NCBI GenBank assembly: GCA_963771075.1
Contig: CAVYSE010000007.1
Coordinates: 1-64,000, forward strand
Reading direction: 5' to 3'
From: a candidate division FCPU426 bacterium
Lineage (GTDB): Bacteria; Oederibacteriota; Muellerivitia; Muellerivitales; Muellerivitaceae
DNA: 64,000 nt
The notes beneath the pieces were generated by a model. That model had not been told where the DNA came from, did not search any database, and was given only the letters and a program-made list of their open reading frames with translations. Every line of letters begins with the position of its first letter. The stretch's first letter is position 1. Positions 58,962 through 64,000 of the stretch are shown here, in pieces. The position numbers and the translations under genes are program-made.

Positions 58962-60727
58962 TGAAAAAACGCCTCCTTTTCCTGTGCCTCCTCGCGGGCC
59001 TGGCTTCCACCCTTCACGCCGCCTCCACGGAAGACGCGATCCAGGGTTTCCGCGACAAGGACTTAAAGGGTTATTCGGAGTATTTCTCCTCGGCCCGGCT
59101 GGACGCCGGGGGCGCTCTCGTCCTGGAGGGGACGGATGAATATTTGACCTCCAAGGACCTGGATTCGGTTATGGAGGAAGTGGTCCGCCTCTGGCGGAAC
59201 CGGTTGGGGGGAAGCGAATTCGATACCCACCCGGTCGTGACCGTGAACACGGCCTTGGGCGGGGACTTGTGGACCTGGAACCAAAACACGGAATCCGTCC
59301 TCTTATTACAGAGATGGGACATGGTCCACCCCATTCCGGCCAAGGTGAACGGCGTCAGCGGACGCTTCTTTACTTATTACGGTTTCAGCATGAGCGCGGT
59401 GAATACCACCCTCAGCCTGAATCTCAACCTGAGCATCGGTTCCTATTTCTTCCAGAACATCCTCGACTCGTCGTTCAATTTCAGCATGGGGGCTTCCGGC
59501 GACACGACGGATACCACCGGCGGCGGGACCTTGACGATGGACCTGGGCGGGATGGTCCGCGTGCATTTCCCCATCATCCCCAAGGCGGGCTTCACCGGCA
59601 ATGTGGGTTGCGGGCTCGATTTCAATTTGACCGGGTCCGGGAACGACACCGAATTCGATACCTCGACCAACGTGACGGGTTATGGCCTGGCGGGTGTTTC
59701 CAAAATGTTGAACCCCTCGACCAGCTTGGACGCCTCCTTGAAGATCCAAAACAACCCGCTGTTTTTGGTCGGGATCACGACTTTCTTCGGGGACCACCAG
59801 GTGGTGGGAACCTCGCCCAGTGTGGGCGATGCGGGGGTAGGCGATGGAGCGGCACCGAATCAGGCGAAGAAATGGACGAACGCGGTGACCCCCCTACCGA
59901 CGGCAACCTTCACGCCCGCGGTGGTTCAGAACAATACACCCACCTTTACCCCCACCGATACCGCGACCCCCGTCCCGCCGGTTGTTCCAACTCCCACGAA
60001 GGTGGCCGCAGTTCCCACGGCTATTCCCACGCCCATACCGACAGTTGCGAGGCCGACGGCCGTGGCCACCCCGGTGGCGACGGTTGTCAGTGCTACGGTC
60101 GTGCCCACCCCCGCCAAGACTGAAACCCCCGCGCCGACCCCGGTTGTTTCTTACAAAAAGTCCGACGCCGACCAACCCGGTTTTGTCATCAGCCTGTTTG
60201 GCGGGACGGGAATCCCCGTCAGCTCGGGTGCGGCAAGCCTACTTAACCCAGGGGTGTATTTGGACGCCCAACTGGGATTCGTTCTCAGCCCCGAATGGAC
60301 CCTTGGGTTAGAGGTTGGGTTCAACGACCAATTCTGGAACTTTGTCCAAACCAGCGAAATGAACGGATATACACCGCCCGATTCAAAACATATTCCGGCC
60401 GATATCTTCGTCCAGTATCACTTGAACTTGGGAACCTCGTTTTTTAAGCCCTATCTCCGTTTGGGCGCTGGACTGGCATTTGATTCTTATGGGGGCGGTT
60501 ACGAGACCACGGATATGCACGGAAACTCCCAGTGGATAGACACGCCGACCCAAAATACGACCAACCCCCTATTGTTACCCGGGATGGGCCTGGAATTTTG
60601 CTTTTCCGATAATTTCAGCCTGTCTTTGCAGGCGGCCCTGGACATGGACTTCGGGTCTAAGGATGAGTTTGGGGACAAACCCATTGAGATCGCTCCGCTT
60701 CAGTTTGGGATGAGTTTCAAGATGTAA
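58961..60727 (+). CDS. Outer-membrane protein with two predicted small beta-barrels joined by a Thr-Pro linker
   Basis: Signal peptide, first barrel-like region, TPT linker, OmpA/OmpW-like KPYLRLGAG..PGMGLEF...FGMSFKM end. Confidence 0.72.
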   Translation: MKKRLLFLCLLAGLASTLHAASTEDAIQGFRDKDLKGYSEYFSSARLDAGGALVLEGTDEYLTSKDLDSVMEEVVRLWRNRLGGSEFDTHPVVTVNTALGGDLWTWNQNTESVLLLQRWDMVHPIPAKVNGVSGRFFTYYGFSMSAVNTTLSLNLNLSIGSYFFQNILDSSFNFSMGASGDTTDTTGGGTLTMDLGGMVRVHFPIIPKAGFTGNVGCGLDFNLTGSGNDTEFDTSTNVTGYGLAGVSKMLNPSTSLDASLKIQNNPLFLVGITTFFGDHQVVGTSPSVGDAGVGDGAAPNQAKKWTNAVTPLPTATFTPAVVQNNTPTFTPTDTATPVPPVVPTPTKVAAVPTAIPTPIPTVARPTAVATPVATVVSATVVPTPAKTETPAPTPVVSYKKSDADQPGFVISLFGGTGIPVSSGAASLLNPGVYLDAQLGFVLSPEWTLGLEVGFNDQFWNFVQTSEMNGYTPPDSKHIPADIFVQYHLNLGTSFFKPYLRLGAGLAFDSYGGGYETTDMHGNSQWIDTPTQNTTNPLLLPGMGLEFCFSDNFSLSLQAALDMDFGSKDEFGDKPIEIAPLQFGMSFKM

Positions 60728-60752
60728 ACCCGATTTAAAATGACGAGTGCCT

Positions 60753-60789
60753 GGGCCGACTTCAAGAATGGGGTCGGCCTTTCTTGTTT
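60753..60789 (+). terminator. Rho-independent terminator
   Basis: GGCCGACTTCA-AGAA-TGGGGTCGGCC stem-loop followed by TTTCTTGTTT. Confidence 0.7.
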
Positions 60790-60932
60790 AAACACGCGAA
60801 CAACATCCCCGAATGAACAATGGGAGCAGAATCTTTGCAATAATTTGTGAAAGGGGCCCGATTATTTCCGCTATTATTCAGTCGGACGGCCTCCGATAAC
60901 GGCTAATTTTGGACAACCACTAAGAGGTACCC

Positions 60933-62357
60933 TTGAGCGAAAGCGCCAAAGAATTGATGCCCCAAGAGATTTTGAAACTATGCGATATCCGGGGCAAATA
61001 TCCCAATCCCTTGGGAAAGCCCGAGGCCCATACCGTCGGGTTAGCCATCGGCACCTTCCTTAAGGAATCCCAGGGACGCAACATCAAGGCCGTCATCGGG
61101 GGGGATATCCGGGAATCCTCGGTGCCCCTGAAAAAAAGCCTGCTCCAGGGTATGCGGGAATCCGGCCTCAAGATCGTGGACGCGGGGTTGGTTTCCACCC
61201 CCTTGTTGAATTTCGCGACGGGTTTCGCCGGGGCCGCCGCCGGCATCATGGTCACCGCGTCCCATAATCCTCCCGAGTACAACGGATTTAAATTCTTTCT
61301 GGCCGGCGAACCGGCGCCAGCGGCCTGGATCGAACATCTATACCAGATCCTCGCGCGGGGCAAGTTCCGCAAAGGGGCCGGGATCACGGAAAAAAAGAAT
61401 TTTTTCCCCGACTACCGCAACCGGATGGTCCGGCAGATCGCGGCGAACCTGAACGGGTACAAGATCGTGGTGGACCCCGGCAACGGCATGGCCGGCCTGA
61501 CCGCCCCGCCGATCCTACAGACCCTCGGACTTCAGGTGGAAATGATGAATGGGGAGTTGGACCCGAAGTTTCCCGGCAGGGGCGCCGATAGTTCCGATCC
61601 CAAAGCTTTGGAGGCGCTGGGGCGCCGGGTGGTCAAGGCGAAGGCCCTACTCGGAGTGGCTTTCGACGGCGACGCGGACCGGGCCAGCTTCGTCGACGGG
61701 CACGGACAGGAAGTACCGGGGGAGGTCATCCTGGGCCTCCTGGCCGAGGAGCCGTTAGGCCGCCAACCGGGATTGAAAATCATTTATGACGGAAAATGTT
61801 CGGATGGCTTGGATCAGTGGGTCCGGTCCAAAGGCGGGGTGCCGGTTTTGGAACGATCGGGTCACACCTTCGTTTATGACCGATTTAAAAAAGAGGGCGC
61901 GCTCATGGCGGGCGAGGCCAGCGGCCACTTTTTCCTTCCGGGCGCCTTCCCCGGGGACGCGCTCTACGCCTGCCTGATCCTTTTGAAAACCCTGAAGTCC
62001 CGGGGCCAATCCCTCTCCGAAGCCCTCCCTCCTTTCCCGAAACGGGTTTCGACCCACGACGTGAAAATACCCATGGAACGGGAAAAAGCCAATTCTGTTT
62101 TCGAGGGGTTGAAAACAAGGGCCTTATCGATGGGAGGGGAAGTGACTGGCGCGGACGGGGTGCGCGCGGTTTTTAAGGACGGTTGGGGCATCGCGCGCTT
62201 GTCCGTGACCGAACCGGTCTTGTCCTGCCGTTTCGAGGCTGAAACGATAGCCCGGTTGAAATCCATGACCTCGGAATGGCTTGAGGATTACCCCGAAATT
62301 CTTTCCAAGGTCAAATCGAAAATATCCACCCTCCGCGATCGAACTGAAAAGGCCTGA
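60933..62357 (+). CDS. Phosphomannomutase/phosphoglucomutase
   Basis: DIRG, catalytic TASHNP, metal loop DGDADR, GEASGH, R.S.TEP. Confidence 0.95.
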   Translation: MSESAKELMPQEILKLCDIRGKYPNPLGKPEAHTVGLAIGTFLKESQGRNIKAVIGGDIRESSVPLKKSLLQGMRESGLKIVDAGLVSTPLLNFATGFAGAAAGIMVTASHNPPEYNGFKFFLAGEPAPAAWIEHLYQILARGKFRKGAGITEKKNFFPDYRNRMVRQIAANLNGYKIVVDPGNGMAGLTAPPILQTLGLQVEMMNGELDPKFPGRGADSSDPKALEALGRRVVKAKALLGVAFDGDADRASFVDGHGQEVPGEVILGLLAEEPLGRQPGLKIIYDGKCSDGLDQWVRSKGGVPVLERSGHTFVYDRFKKEGALMAGEASGHFFLPGAFPGDALYACLILLKTLKSRGQSLSEALPPFPKRVSTHDVKIPMEREKANSVFEGLKTRALSMGGEVTGADGVRAVFKDGWGIARLSVTEPVLSCRFEAETIARLKSMTSEWLEDYPEILSKVKSKISTLRDRTEKA

Positions 62358-62360
62358 ACC

Positions 62361-62780
62361 ATGGTGTACTGTCTCTTTGTGGGCGCGTTCAAAGAACCCA
62401 GGCTGGAAGCCCAGGCCGCCGAATTCCATAAGAGGCTCAATCGCCTGTGGCCCGTGAACCTGCTCGTGCTCAAAGAAAATGCCAGGGAAATTCAAAGGTG
62501 GATCGAGGCTCGTCGGGGAAGGGGTCTTTTCGTTTCCCTGGACCCGGCAGGCAAAGGAATGGATTCCGGCCAATTCGCCCAATGGGTCACCCAAAGTTCC
62601 CAGGACCTCTATTTTTTCGCCTGGGGCGCGGGTGGACCCTTGGAAGGTTTGGAACTTCCTAAACCGAGGAAAATCAGCCTTTCGCCCATGACCTTTTCCC
62701 ATGAACTGGCCCGCGTCGTCTTGATGGAACAACTTTACCGTTCGGGCGCCCTTTTGAAGGGTCATCCCTATCCCAAGTGA
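62361..62780 (+). CDS. rlmH: 23S rRNA (pseudouridine1915-N3)-methyltransferase RlmH
   Basis: LD..GK.MDS..FA, SLSPMTFSHELARVVLMEQLYR, GHPY.K. Confidence 0.93.
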   Translation: MVYCLFVGAFKEPRLEAQAAEFHKRLNRLWPVNLLVLKENAREIQRWIEARRGRGLFVSLDPAGKGMDSGQFAQWVTQSSQDLYFFAWGAGGPLEGLELPKPRKISLSPMTFSHELARVVLMEQLYRSGALLKGHPYPK

Positions 62781-62815
62781 TGTACGCTTGAAAGGCTTGG
62801 TTTTTATTACCCTAA

Positions 62816-62983
62816 CTCGACTTTGGCAAATTTTGGGGTCGTTCTAATTTTCCCCCTCTGAAAGAGGGGGACTAAGGGGGGAGTTAGCTTTTTTAAACCC
62901 CATCGACAACGACTAATACCCCCCCTTATTCAAAGGGGGAATAGTCATGGGCAACACTCTTTTAGGAATTTGCCAAAGTAGAG
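62816..62983. mobile_element. MITE-like element with 17-bp IRs carrying the same REP-like hairpin pair as 3125-3387, in opposite orientation
   Basis: CTCGACTTTGGCAAATT ... AATTTGCCAAAGTAGAG (16/17 IR). Internal TCCCCCTCTGAAAGAGGGGGA..GGGGGGAGTTAG and CTAATACCCCCCCTTATTCAAAGGGGG. Confidence 0.62.
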
Positions 62984-63092
62984 ACCCTTAAAAGGATTAA
63001 AATGGGAACCTTGGGTATCGGTCAACCGTCTAACACTTTGAATTCAAAAATTTTAAGTTTTGCTCGTCACCAGGTTCAACAAGGGGGCATCC

Positions 63093-63899
63093 ATGAAGCG
63101 CGCAATTGAAATGAAGTGGGCCTTGCCGGTCCTGTTGTTCGCAGTCGCCTTTATGGGCCATCCATCGGCGGGAATACCCCAAACCCAAGATCAAGCCCAG
63201 CCGGTCGAGTATGTCATCGAAGATATCAAGGGGCAGGATGTGCAGGTTTTGGAGGATGGAAGCAAATCCTGGACTCCGGCCCAGGAGGGCCAGGAAGTGG
63301 AGTCGGGGGATCAGGTAAAGACCGGCAACAATTGCGAGGCCACCCTCACCCTGGAATCCGACACGACGGTTCATATGGATCCGAACAGCACCTTGAAGGT
63401 GGATCAGGTGGTTTCCAATGACGCGGGAGGGTTCTTAAGCCGGTTGGAGATGTTGGCCGGAAACCTATTGGCGGACGTGAAAAAGAACCTTCAGGAGAGC
63501 CATTCCACCTTTGAAGTAAGCGCCAATGGTGTAGTTTGCGGTGTTCGGGGTACGGCATTCGAGGTGGGCTGGGATGGAACCGACCTGAGGACGGCTACCC
63601 ATGAGGGAAAGGTGGAAGTGGTGGATCAGGACCATCAATCCCACTTCGTGGAAGCGGGGAACGTATCCCTGTTCAACCGGGGCCACTTCCGCCTCCAACG
63701 CCGAATGGAACGGCTCGAAAGCCAGCGTTTTCAACAATGGCGTCAATATCGGAAGGCCGTGTTTCAGAAAAGGCTCCAACGCCTCAAGGATATCCGGGAA
63801 CACCGCCGTCAGGCCTGGCGGCGCCAGGCTCCCCATCCCAAGGGCCATGGCCGCCGGTTCGAAAAGAACCAACACCCGGATCGGCGTTTCCAGCCCTGA
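63093..63899 (+). CDS. FecR-domain secreted protein with basic C-terminal tail
   Basis: Signal peptide, W.PA..G..V.SGD.VKTG, VCGVRGTAFEV, EG.VEV. Confidence 0.88.
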   Translation: MKRAIEMKWALPVLLFAVAFMGHPSAGIPQTQDQAQPVEYVIEDIKGQDVQVLEDGSKSWTPAQEGQEVESGDQVKTGNNCEATLTLESDTTVHMDPNSTLKVDQVVSNDAGGFLSRLEMLAGNLLADVKKNLQESHSTFEVSANGVVCGVRGTAFEVGWDGTDLRTATHEGKVEVVDQDHQSHFVEAGNVSLFNRGHFRLQRRMERLESQRFQQWRQYRKAVFQKRLQRLKDIREHRRQAWRRQAPHPKGHGRRFEKNQHPDRRFQP

Positions 63900-63942
63900 A
63901 GAAGGGAAGGCTGGTTTCGGACACTCGACTTGGTTAGAATCG

Positions 63943-63972
63943 AAAAAGAGAGGATTCTTTCCTCTCTTTTTT
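63943..63972. terminator. Hairpin terminator-like element
   Basis: AAAAAGAGAGGA-TTCTT-TCCTCTCTTTTT inverted repeat. Confidence 0.55.
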
Positions 63973-64000
63973 ATTTTGGGGGAACCGAACCATGATGGAT

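Noticed and set aside
59269..60123. 284-aa alternative-frame ORF and the many antisense ORFs over GC-rich genes
   Set aside because: They overlap well-supported genes, have Arg/Gly/His-rich off-frame composition and show no motifs.

Overview
Bacterial window with essentially all genes on the + strand. About 44 kb (6.7-51 kb) is a flagellar gene cluster: basal body, C-ring, stator, export apparatus, FlhF/FlhG, sigma28, P/L rings, FlgM/N/K and hook genes. It mixes Firmicutes/spirochete-type accessory genes with diderm P/L rings. No flagellin, flgL, fliD, fliS or che gene is visible in the window. Unusual points: (i) four PorV/PorQ-like (T9SS-associated) beta-barrel genes and a Thr-Pro-rich protein with a T9SS-like C-terminal domain lie in or next to the flagellar operons; (ii) a ~1036-aa FliK and an 804-aa FlgK with divergent termini; (iii) a covarying RNA hairpin in front of both flgG and flgE; (iv) a repeated variant sigma28 promoter (TYAAG-N14-NCCGTTAG); (v) three small inverted-repeat-bounded elements carrying REP-like hairpins. 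The left end has an IS4 transposase inserted into a membrane-protein gene, RAYT remnants, ribosomal protein bS22, a diguanylate cyclase and a MerR regulator. The right end has tRNA-Phe, a four-gene envelope operon of unknown function, PMM/PGM, rlmH and a FecR-domain gene. Several single-base frameshifts, mostly in short homopolymers, probably reflect consensus errors. All family calls come from motif recognition by eye; no database searches were run.
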